Positions 7,064 to 13,961 of a stretch of 13,961 nt of DNA are shown one piece after another. Source of the DNA: Candidatus Fraserbacteria bacterium. Lineage in GTDB: Bacteria > Bipolaricaulota > Bipolaricaulia > RBG-16-55-9. The DNA is taken from contig JBBIOR010000004.1 of the NCBI GenBank assembly GCA_037443265.1, positions 1 through 13,961 of the forward strand, given 5' to 3'. Under the pieces are notes generated by a model, which was not told the DNA's origin, searched no databases, and was given only the letters and a program-made list of their open reading frames with translations. The position numbers and the translations under genes were made by a program. Numbering within the stretch: position 1 is the stretch's first letter; every line of letters starts with the position of its first letter.

Positions 7064-7959
7064 TGACGTTCTCCATCGTCGCCTGCGATCTGGCCTCCGA
7101 GGAGTGGGGGGTGGCCGTCCAGTCGAAGTTCTTGGCCGTAGGGCCGGTTGTGCCTTGGGCGCGGGCCAAGACGGGGGCCATTGCTACCCAAGCCCATGCG
7201 AACACAAGCTATGGCCCCCGGGGGCTGGAACTGCTATGCTCCGGCCTAAGCGCCGAGGAAGCCCTGGAGCGACTGATCTCGGACGATGAAGACCGGCAGC
7301 ATCGGCAAGTGGGGATCGTCGATTCCCAGGGGGAAGCTGCGGCTTTCACCGGCCGAGAGTGCTACGACTGGGCCGGACATCTCACAGGACCGGGCTACGC
7401 CTGCCAAGGCAACATCTTGGCAGGGGAAGAGGTCGTTTCGGCCATGGCTGAGGCGTTTGAGAAGACTCCGGGAGCGCTGGCCGCGCGGCTCATCGCGGCT
7501 TTAAGAGCCGGCCAGCAGGCCGGAGGCGATAAGCGCGGCCAGCAGTCGGCGGCCCTTCTTGTGGTCAAGGAGAAGGGCGGCTATGGGGGCTTCACCGATC
7601 GCCTCATAGATCTCAGAGTGGACGATCATCCGCAGCCCATTGAAGAGCTGGCCCGGTTGCTCCGCCTGCAGCAGCTCTACTTTGGCAGGACCGTGGAGAC
7701 TCTTAAGTTGGGCCGCCATGAAATAAGAGCTGTCCAGAAGATGCTGCGGGCGCTGGGCTACTATCGCGGCCGCGTCACAGGCGCTCTCAACGGGGCCACC
7801 CTCCAGGCTCTGGAGGACTTCCATAACATGGAGAACCTCGAGATGCGCCGGCTGGATCAGCCCGATATGCTCGACAGGGAAGTCTTCCGGTTTCTCGAGG
7901 AGAAGTATAGCTTTGCTGTGGCTCGTCAGGCTCGCCCTAATGAAAAGCCCCCGCCCTAG
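7063..7959 (+). CDS. DUF1028 (Ntn-hydrolase superfamily) protein with putative C-terminal peptidoglycan-binding domain
   Basis: N-terminus MTFSIVACD, GVAVQSKFLAVG, GAIATQA, RQVGIVD, QGNILAG, GGDKRGQQSAAL and DLRVDDHPQPIEELARL; C-terminal VQKMLRALGYY...ENLE domain; TGATG coupling to the upstream gene. Confidence 0.9.
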   Translation: MTFSIVACDLASEEWGVAVQSKFLAVGPVVPWARAKTGAIATQAHANTSYGPRGLELLCSGLSAEEALERLISDDEDRQHRQVGIVDSQGEAAAFTGRECYDWAGHLTGPGYACQGNILAGEEVVSAMAEAFEKTPGALAARLIAALRAGQQAGGDKRGQQSAALLVVKEKGGYGGFTDRLIDLRVDDHPQPIEELARLLRLQQLYFGRTVETLKLGRHEIRAVQKMLRALGYYRGRVTGALNGATLQALEDFHNMENLEMRRLDQPDMLDREVFRFLEEKYSFAVARQARPNEKPPP

Positions 7960-7968
7960 GCGGGGGCT
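7943..7968 (-). terminator. Intrinsic terminator-like hairpin with its U-tract on the minus strand (possibly bidirectional)
   Basis: Perfect 10-bp stem AGCCCCCGCC (7946-7955) / GGCGGGGGCT (7959-7968) with a 3-nt loop; AAAA at 7943-7946 gives a UUUU tail on the minus strand; overlaps the DUF1028 stop codon. Confidence 0.7.
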
Positions 7969-8013
7969 GTCGTCCTCCACTTGCGGTGGTGAGAGGAATT
8001 AGAGTAGAGGGAC
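7943..8013 (-). ncRNA. Candidate ~70-nt small RNA (family not recognised)
   Basis: Lies between a minus-strand promoter-like element (8049-8021) and a minus-strand terminator; folds into a 10-bp bulged stem with a 23-nt C/U-rich loop followed by the terminator; no AUG. Confidence 0.45.
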
Positions 8014-8020
8014 AGCCTCC

Positions 8021-8049
8021 ATTCTAGCGGGCAGTCCCTACTGTGTCTG
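8021..8049 (-). promoter_or_regulatory. Putative promoter for the candidate sRNA
   Basis: Minus strand CAGACA (8049-8044), 17-nt spacer, TAGAAT (8026-8021). Confidence 0.5.
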
Positions 8050-8104
8050 TGGTCTGGGTTACATTGGCCGATTTCGAGCCTGGCGAGAAACAGCGAAAGC
8101 TATA

Positions 8105-8133
8105 TTGCGTCCCCTAAGCCCCCCAGCTATCAT
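8105..8133 (+). promoter_or_regulatory. Putative promoter for the exported protein / ABC permease pair
   Basis: TTGCGT (8105-8110), 17-nt spacer, TATCAT (8128-8133). The 11-mer GCTATCATGGG also occurs at 11001-11011, before rplY. Confidence 0.5.
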
Positions 8134-8153
8134 GGGCTCTGGGTGAATGGCTC

Positions 8154-8807
8154 ATGGCTCACTGGCCGGCAGGACTGAAGGCGACTGTAGTCCTCGGCGG
8201 CGCTTTTGGACTTTGGGTCTTGGCTCAGACGGGAGATTACTTCCAGACGTATCCCGGTGGGTTCACAAGGGCAGTTTATCAGATCATGACCTCCGATCTT
8301 AGAAATCCCATCGTGTTGAGTTGGCAAGTCGAGCCGGCTTCGCAAGAGATGCTCACGGTGACCACGACGAATCAAGTCACGGCCCGCCGCGAGGACCTTC
8401 CCATAGGGGTGACCAGCGGAGTGGCTCAGGCACAGCTGATCATTCAAGACGAGGCCGTCCGCACCCTGCTGGAGAATAGAAAGAGCCTTGGTCCCCACCT
8501 CTCATTCATCCTACCGGGAGGAGCGCGTTTTGATACGGCGGCGCGCGAGACGATCGCTGGCCTCTCTGTTCTGTGCGGCCTGCTCACGGATCCCAAGAAG
8601 CCTCAGAGACGCACGCTGCTTGCCATCACGGAAGACCCCACGGCCCCCTTTCCACCCTTCATTCAGCTGGAAGAAGAAAAGGCTCTGGGGAGCCAGGCCA
8701 GCTCGCTCGAGCTTTGCACCTCGCTACAACCCTTGATGGACCGAGATGCTAGGCGATTTGGAGTGCTCTTTCAACTGAAGCTGATCGAGTTCGAGCGTCG
8801 TGACTGA
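8154..8807 (+). CDS. Hypothetical exported protein
   Basis: 217-aa ORF filling the gap between promoter and permease; N-terminal hydrophobic segment ending VLA-Q (signal-peptide-like); overlaps the next gene by 8 nt. Confidence 0.7.
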   Translation: MAHWPAGLKATVVLGGAFGLWVLAQTGDYFQTYPGGFTRAVYQIMTSDLRNPIVLSWQVEPASQEMLTVTTTNQVTARREDLPIGVTSGVAQAQLIIQDEAVRTLLENRKSLGPHLSFILPGGARFDTAARETIAGLSVLCGLLTDPKKPQRRTLLAITEDPTAPFPPFIQLEEEKALGSQASSLELCTSLQPLMDRDARRFGVLFQLKLIEFERRD

Positions 8808-9984
8808 GGGCAGCTCTTTTCGACTGAGCATCGATCTGCTTGGCCTGGCAGCCCGGAACCTCGTGCGCCGGCCGCTGAGATCGCTCTTGACGGTCTTGGG
8901 AATAGCCATCGGCATGACGGCGGTGGTGGGGCTTCTGGGGCTGACGGGAGGGGTGCAGCGCGCCTTGGAGCGCCAGTTTGAGCGATTGGGGCACGATCTC
9001 GTGCTGATTCTTCCAGCGATGCCCCAGGGAGCGGCACCCGCGCCAGCCGTCTCTTTTGATCTAGAAAGAATCCATTCTGTGCCTGGGGTGGCCCAAGCCG
9101 GAGCGCTCCTGCGGCAGACACTTCCTATCGTGACGTCCAAGATGCAAGGCTTTCTCGCTGTTGTGGGGCTCTCTTCGGAGATGTTCCCGCTAGCGGAGCG
9201 TTTTTTTGAGCGCTTTGAGCTCGCTGCGGGGCAGCTACCCGAGGAGGGCTCAGTCTTGCTCACGCAAGAGGCCGCACGGGATCTAAAATTGAACGTCGGA
9301 GATGTCGTGAGCATTGCGAATCGGGCGTTTCGCATAAGCGGCGTGCTTCTTCCCACAGGAGAGACGAGCATTGAAGGTGCGATCTTGATGTCGCTCCCTA
9401 CGCTCTGGGAGCTTGTGGGGCGGAGAGATCTGGTGACCTTGGCTTGGGTCGTCGCCCAGCCGGGCTATGACGTGGAGGTGCTTTCCGCATCGCTTCAGGA
9501 GGCCCTACGCCCGATGGGAAGTTTCAACGTCCAGTCGTCCCGGCGTCTGAATCAAATCATTCAGGGGGGTCTGGAGGTGCTCCGGGCGGCCCTTACGGCC
9601 ATTGCCGCGGTGGCCCTGTTGGTAGGGGGCCTTGGGCTCATGAACACGATGTATATGGCCGTCTTGGAGAGGAGGCGCGAGATTGGGATTCTCATGTCGC
9701 TAGGTGCACGTCGGAGCCAAATCTGGGTGTTATTTCTGCTGGAGGCTGGGCTTCTGGGTCTTCTGGGAGGCGGGGTCGGGGCGATCTTGGGATCTGCCCT
9801 GGCCTTGAGTTTAGCCGCGCTCATCGCTCAAGCTTCGGAGGCTCAGCCCTTTACGCCGACCATCAGCTTCTCGCTGGTGGCGTTCGCGCTCCTCTTCTCG
9901 ATGGGGCTGGGCATGCTGGCGGGGCTTCTTCCCGCGCATCGGGCGGCCCGGCTCAGCCCTGTGGAGGCCCTGCGCTATGAGTGA
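8800..9984 (+). CDS. ABC transporter permease, MacB/FtsX/LolE (type VII) family
   Basis: LAARNLVRRPLRSLLTVLGIAIG first TM, large extracytoplasmic domain, GGLGLMNTMYMAVLERRREIGILMSLGA, FLLEA, and C-terminal PAHRAARLSPVEALRYE. Confidence 0.92.
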   Translation: MTEGSSFRLSIDLLGLAARNLVRRPLRSLLTVLGIAIGMTAVVGLLGLTGGVQRALERQFERLGHDLVLILPAMPQGAAPAPAVSFDLERIHSVPGVAQAGALLRQTLPIVTSKMQGFLAVVGLSSEMFPLAERFFERFELAAGQLPEEGSVLLTQEAARDLKLNVGDVVSIANRAFRISGVLLPTGETSIEGAILMSLPTLWELVGRRDLVTLAWVVAQPGYDVEVLSASLQEALRPMGSFNVQSSRRLNQIIQGGLEVLRAALTAIAAVALLVGGLGLMNTMYMAVLERRREIGILMSLGARRSQIWVLFLLEAGLLGLLGGGVGAILGSALALSLAALIAQASEAQPFTPTISFSLVAFALLFSMGLGMLAGLLPAHRAARLSPVEALRYE

Positions 9985-9985
9985 T

Positions 9986-10033
9986 TTGACTCTTAAGGAA
10001 AAGATCCTCTATGGTGGAGGCGTCCGAGGAGGT
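9986..10033 (+). promoter_or_regulatory. Putative promoter and ribosome-binding site for prs
   Basis: TTGACT (9986-9991), 18-nt spacer, TATGGT (10010-10015); SD AGGAGGT (10027-10033) 5 nt before ATG 10039. Confidence 0.6.
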
Positions 10034-10038
10034 CGAAG

Positions 10039-10977
10039 ATGGGCATAAAACTCATCGCTGGGAACTCCAATCCCGCTCTGGCTCAAGAGATCAGTGCCTG
10101 TTTGGGCGTTCCGCTCTGTGACGTCGAAGTAGGGCGTTTCCCCGACGGCGAGATCAACGTGCACATCAAAGAGACGGTGCGCGGGGAGGACATCTTCGTG
10201 ATTCAGTCGACGTCTCCGCCGGTGAACGAGCACTATATGGAGCTCTTTTTGATCATCGATGCCTTGCGGCGGGCCTCGGCCTGGCGGATCACGGCCGTCA
10301 TCCCCTACTACGGGTATGCTCGGCAGGATCGCAAGTTCATTGGGAGGGTGCCTATCAGTGCCAAGCTCATGGCCAATTTTTTGGAAGCGGCCGGGGCCAA
10401 CCGTCTGCTCACCCTGGATCTGCCCGCCGGGCAGATCCAGGGTTTTTTTGACATCCCCGTGGATAATTTGAGGAGCGACCCGATCTTTGCCCATTATTTC
10501 GCCCAGGAAGGGCTGGCGGAGGATGCCGTGATCGTGGCTCCGGATGTGGGTGCCGCCAAGCGAGCCAGCCTCGTGGCGGAGCGTCTTAATCTCCCGTACG
10601 CGATTGTGGAAAAGACCCGCCTGAGCGAAAAGACCGGCGAAGTGGCGGCCCGCCATGTCATCGGCGAAGTGGAGGAAAAGCGGGCCATCATCATCGATGA
10701 CATCATCGCCACGGGGGGTACGGTGCTGGCGGCCGTGGAACTCTTGCTCGAGAGCGGCGCACGCGAGATCTATGCCGCCTTCTCTCATGGCGTCTTCGCC
10801 GCAGACGCCGTCCGCAAGATCGAGCGTTCTCCCCTCAAGGGCGTCATCGTGACCAACACCATTCCGCCGCCGGCCAGCCCGAAGATCAGGGGGATCTCCG
10901 TCGGAAGACTCTTTGCCGAGATCATCGAGCGCATCCACCAGGAGAAGTCCGTCAGCCAGCTCTTCCCTCATTTCTAG
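10039..10977 (+). CDS. prs: Ribose-phosphate pyrophosphokinase (PRPP synthase)
   Basis: FPDGEI, VIPYYGYARQDRK, PISAKL, QIQGFFDIPVDNL, APDVGAAKRA, IIDDIIATGGT and SHGVF; conserved prs-rplY-pth synteny. The signature His of DLH reads as Pro. Confidence 0.96.
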   Translation: MGIKLIAGNSNPALAQEISACLGVPLCDVEVGRFPDGEINVHIKETVRGEDIFVIQSTSPPVNEHYMELFLIIDALRRASAWRITAVIPYYGYARQDRKFIGRVPISAKLMANFLEAAGANRLLTLDLPAGQIQGFFDIPVDNLRSDPIFAHYFAQEGLAEDAVIVAPDVGAAKRASLVAERLNLPYAIVEKTRLSEKTGEVAARHVIGEVEEKRAIIIDDIIATGGTVLAAVELLLESGAREIYAAFSHGVFAADAVRKIERSPLKGVIVTNTIPPPASPKIRGISVGRLFAEIIERIHQEKSVSQLFPHF

Positions 10978-10987
10978 TCTAGAAATG
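10969..10987. repeat. Perfect 9-bp inverted repeat CATTTCTAG-T-CTAGAAATG
   Basis: Read directly from the sequence; overlaps the prs stop codon and the predicted -35 region of rplY. Confidence 0.8.
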
Positions 10988-11028
10988 CCGCCGGGCCTCT
11001 GCTATCATGGGGCCATCGCTGGGGAGGG
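10980..11028 (+). promoter_or_regulatory. Putative extended -10 promoter and RBS for rplY
   Basis: TAGAAA (10980-10985), 17-nt spacer, TG-c-TATCAT (11000-11008); SD GGGGAGGG (11021-11028). Confidence 0.5.
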
Positions 11029-11037
11029 ACCTTCTTC

Positions 11038-11745
11038 ATGTTTGAGTTGAAAGCCGAGGTGCGTCAAGAGAAGAATCCCAGGGAGCTCAGGCGCCAGGGG
11101 CGGGTGCCCGGTGTCGTCTACGGAGCCGGTGGCTTCCACCGACTCATCAGCTTCTCCCGCCCTGAGTTAGAGAGCCTGCTGGCCAAGGTCACTCGTAGCT
11201 CCCGGATCTCGCTTGTGATGGGCGGAGAGAGATTCGATACGTTCATCCGAGAGATTCAGTATGATCTGCTCACGGATCGGGTGATTCATGTGGATCTCTA
11301 TCGGCCGCCGGCGGAGCGGCCGATCCGCATGGAAGTGCCGATCCGGCTGCGCGGCGAGGCCAAGGGCCGCAAGAGCGGCGGCATCGTCGAGCAGGTCCGC
11401 GAGGTGGTGCTCGTCCGAGGCCGGAGCGCGCAGATTCCTGCCTTGATCGAGCTCGACATCACAGAGCTAGACATCGGCCAGGCGCTTCACGCTCGGGAGC
11501 TGAAGCTTCCTGAGGGCGTCCAGCTGCTGACACCGCCGGAGGCTGTTCTGGTGACGATTCTGGCACCGCGCAAGCTGGAGGAGTTGGCCCCCGTCGAGGC
11601 GGTTGTGGCTGAGGAGGGCGCTGTGCCTGAAGGGGCTTCTTCTGCAGAGGGTGCTGCACCCGAGCCAGCAGGTGCTGAGCAGCCTGGCAAAGGGAGCAAG
11701 CCGGCGGCCCCTAAAGAGCTCAAGAAGGAGAAGAGCAAGCCATAG
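11038..11745 (+). CDS. rplY: 50S ribosomal protein bL25 / general stress protein Ctc (long form)
   Basis: LRRQGRVPGVVYG, IREIQYD, IHVDLY, EVPIRLRGEAKG and LDITELDIGQALH; low-complexity Ala/Glu/Pro then Lys-rich tail; lies between prs and pth. Confidence 0.94.
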   Translation: MFELKAEVRQEKNPRELRRQGRVPGVVYGAGGFHRLISFSRPELESLLAKVTRSSRISLVMGGERFDTFIREIQYDLLTDRVIHVDLYRPPAERPIRMEVPIRLRGEAKGRKSGGIVEQVREVVLVRGRSAQIPALIELDITELDIGQALHARELKLPEGVQLLTPPEAVLVTILAPRKLEELAPVEAVVAEEGAVPEGASSAEGAAPEPAGAEQPGKGSKPAAPKELKKEKSKP

Positions 11746-11771
11746 CGAGGCCTGGGTACTAGCCACCATTC

Positions 11772-12344
11772 ATGCCGAGGCGAATCCGCAAGGCCGCGGT
11801 CGGGCTAGGAAATCCCGGAGCGCAATATGCGCGCACGCGCCACAATTTGGGCTTCCTCGCCATAGATCGCTTTCTCGAACTACAAGCAGAGAAGCCCCTC
11901 AAGCTGGAGAGCTCTACGGTGCTGCTCTATCGCGTGGATGATGTTCTAGTGGCTAAGCCGATGACGTATATGAACCGAAGTGGCCTAGCCGTGCGCGAGC
12001 TAGTAGCGCGTTTTAGGCTGGCTCCTTCTCAGATCTTGATCGTCTATGACGATCATGCTCTGCCGTTGGGGACGATGCGCGCCCGTGCCCGCGGCAGCTC
12101 CGGAGGTCACCACGGCATGGAGTCGATCATCGCCGCCTTAGGCACAGAAGGGATCCCTCGCCTGAGATTGGGCATTGCTACGGAGACAAGCTCAGCCCTG
12201 GAAGATCTCACGGAGTATGTCTTGGGCCAATTCACACCTGAAGAGGAAGAAAAGCTCGCTCCTCTTTTAACTCGTGCGGCCGAAGCCATCGACTGCTTCT
12301 TCCAGCAAGATATCGCGGCCGTGATGAATCGATTCAATCGCTAA
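11772..12344 (+). CDS. pth: Peptidyl-tRNA hydrolase
   Basis: VGLGNPG..Y..TRHNLGF, KPMTYMNRSG, IVYDD, GGHHG, RLRLGI and YVLGQF; ends MNRFN. Confidence 0.96.
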   Translation: MPRRIRKAAVGLGNPGAQYARTRHNLGFLAIDRFLELQAEKPLKLESSTVLLYRVDDVLVAKPMTYMNRSGLAVRELVARFRLAPSQILIVYDDHALPLGTMRARARGSSGGHHGMESIIAALGTEGIPRLRLGIATETSSALEDLTEYVLGQFTPEEEEKLAPLLTRAAEAIDCFFQQDIAAVMNRFNR

Positions 12345-13102
12345 GGGGGAGCGAAAGAAGCCCTCTAGGCACAAAGAGCACAAAAATCACGAGCAGAATC
12401 AAAAACAGAAGGGTGATCCACCCCTGGCCCTCGAGAAACCTCAGCGCTCCCACCTGGATGGTCAGCTCGCTCAAGAATTGCTGGCTGAGCTTGAGAAAAA
12501 CTGCTCCCAGGAGCGGCCCTACGATTGTCCCAAGCCCGCCCACCACGCACGCGACAATGATCATCAGCGATAAATCTAGACTGAGTACCCCATCGAGACC
12601 ACCCGGCTGCAGGACGGCCAGCACAGGCAGATGCACATAGGCGGCTCCGGCACTGATCAGAAACGCCAGAGCACAATTCCAATCATGGCCATCAGCCCCA
12701 AGGAGTAGTAGTACGTGATGAGCTTGACTTGGGCCTTACCAGCGCGAGATACGGCCCGCGCAAGCGGATGGCGGGAATCCCGATCAAGAGGCCGGCCAGA
12801 ATGGCCGCGGCCGTCCCCATCGGGATCGTCAGCGTCGGAGGCCAGCCCAGATGGACGCTGGTGAGCCCGCTGACATAGGCGGCCACTCCAATGAAGAACG
12901 CCTGTCCCAAATTGATTTGTCCCGCGTATCCGCCCAGGAGGTCCCAGCTCATGGCAAAGATCGCAAAGAAATGGGCGAAGATGAGTCTCGAATACATCGC
13001 CTCAGGGAGTAGCCCCAGGGCCGGTAGCAGGGCCAAGAGCATCACGATCGAAATAAACACGAGATGTGCTGCCGTAGATCGCTTCATGCGTGGTTTCCTC
13101 AT
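12334..13102 (-). pseudogene. livM: Branched-chain amino acid ABC permease LivM, fragmented by internal deletions and frameshifts
   Basis: ATG 13102 starts a fragment with WDLLGGYAGQINLGQAFFIG and IRLRGPYLALV. The frame changes near 12738 to YYYSLGLMAMIGIVLWR, then near 12666 to LAFLISA/GAAYVH...VVGGLGTIVGP...FVPRGL. The conserved SxxGxxxxAIRE segment is absent. Confidence 0.85.
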
Positions 13103-13810
13103 GGGGCTGGCCTCCCCAAAAGCCCCTGAGGGCGCAAGACAAGATGAGAATGAGCACCGTAAGTGCCAAGGAGGGCACTCCCACCCACGCCGGACCCAGC
13201 GGGAGGGAGAGCTGAGGCGCAAAGGAGGTGATGGTCTCCACAAGACCTACGAGATAGGCTGCCAGCAGCGCGCCGGCCAAGCTTCCCAGGCCGCCCAAGA
13301 TGACGATGGCCAACGAGATGATGAGGGGGTCAATCCACATGCGGGGATCCATCCCTCCAGGATAGGAGAAGAAGATTCCGGCCAGTCCCGCCGAGGCGCC
13401 CGAGATCGCCCACGTGAGCGTGTAGATGTGATCTGGGTTGATGCCCACCAGAGCCGCACCGGTCCGGCTCATGGCGGTCGCGCGCACCGCCTTGCCAAAG
13501 CGGGTGCAGGCGATCAACAGCCAGAAGGCCCCCAGAGCCAGCCAAGAGACGAGAAAGGCCGCCAGCTGGACGTTCTGGACGCGCACGCCCAAGAGTCGGG
13601 TCTCTCCGGAGACCGGCGGCGGCAGGCTCTTTGCGTGCAGTCCGAAAGCGATGGCGACCAGCTCCTGCAAGATCCACGTGATGGCCAATGACACAAGGAG
13701 TGTGAGGATCGGCGAGTGCTGGACGCGATGGATCACGCTCCGGTAGAGGCCGGCGGCCACCAGGGCCGTGGGTGGCCAGCACGCCGAGCCCCAAGGAGAG
13801 CCAAATAGGC
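13099..13810 (-). pseudogene. livH: Branched-chain amino acid ABC permease LivH, 5'-truncated and frameshifted
   Basis: TRFGKAVRATA, AALVGIN, AGLAG and ILGGLGSLAGA motifs. No start codon or N-terminal helices. A +1 shift at GGG 13770-13772, and a -1 shift near 13140 whose correction restores RPQGLLGRPAP-stop with an ATGA overlap onto livM. Confidence 0.85.
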
Positions 13811-13961
13811 CGTAAAGAGGGGCTGTCTAGGCGGTGTGGTGAAGCGCTGGGTGTAGGCTTGGAAGAACGGCAGAGTTCTCTCGGTGATCGCGGTCGCGCC
13901 AGTGGCCGCATCGGCGTAGATGTGCGAAATCGTTTTGCCCTGGGTGTCGTTCCAGTACTCA
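13805..13961 (-). pseudogene. Internal fragment of a LivJ/LivK-like ABC substrate-binding protein, 3'-truncated, running off the window edge
   Basis: The frame from 13960 reads EYWNDTQGKTISHIYADAATGATAITERTLPFFQAYTQRFTTPPRQPLFTAY, resembling the segment that precedes the YDA helix of type I periplasmic binding proteins, then joins livH sequence out of frame. Confidence 0.55.

Noticed and set aside
8147..8161. Tandem ATGGCTC-ATGGCTC giving an out-of-frame upstream ATG (about 51 codons)
   Set aside because: Only two copies of 7 nt; the alternative peptide has no recognisable features and there is no evidence of phase variation.
11590..11745. Low-complexity Ala/Glu/Pro and Lys-rich tail of bL25
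   Set aside because: Common in long-form Ctc/bL25 proteins.
12102..12116. Pth GGHHG instead of the usual GGHNG
   Set aside because: Single substitution at a position that varies among homologues as I recall; the catalytic His (RHN) and Asp are intact.
12334..12344. 11-nt convergent overlap of the pth and livM 3' ends with no terminator
   Set aside because: Short tail-to-tail overlaps are common in compact genomes.
1..13961. CRISPR arrays, tRNA/rRNA genes, IS elements, integrases and defence systems
   Set aside because: No regularly spaced repeats, cloverleaf or T-loop signatures, terminal inverted repeats or transposase/recombinase motifs were seen.

Overview
GC-rich bacterial housekeeping region. 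The gene mix and lipoprotein style are reminiscent of Bipolaricaulota/Acetothermia, which is inference only. Gene order: pyrF (-) diverges from trkA-trkH-trmY::acyl-CoA thioesterase (one continuous frame), then a short ParB/Srx (SerK-like) gene and pcm. Next come a PKD-PKD-cupredoxin lipoprotein coupled to a DUF1028 Ntn-hydrolase-like gene, a structured intergenic region with a candidate ~70-nt minus-strand sRNA, an exported hypothetical protein with an orphan MacB/FtsX-type ABC permease, and prs-rplY-pth. The window ends with a convergent, heavily eroded branched-chain amino acid ABC operon (substrate-binding protein, livH and livM remnants). Several sigma70-like promoters are readable by eye. 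The most interesting items are: (1) the candidate sRNA, whose promoter shares a 15/20 motif with the region upstream of the copper lipoprotein and whose loop is complementary to that gene's start region; (2) the Gln-axial type-1 copper site; (3) the TrmY-hotdog in-frame fusion with a promoter hidden in its linker; (4) a minimal SerK-like protein. All family assignments come from motif recognition without database searches.
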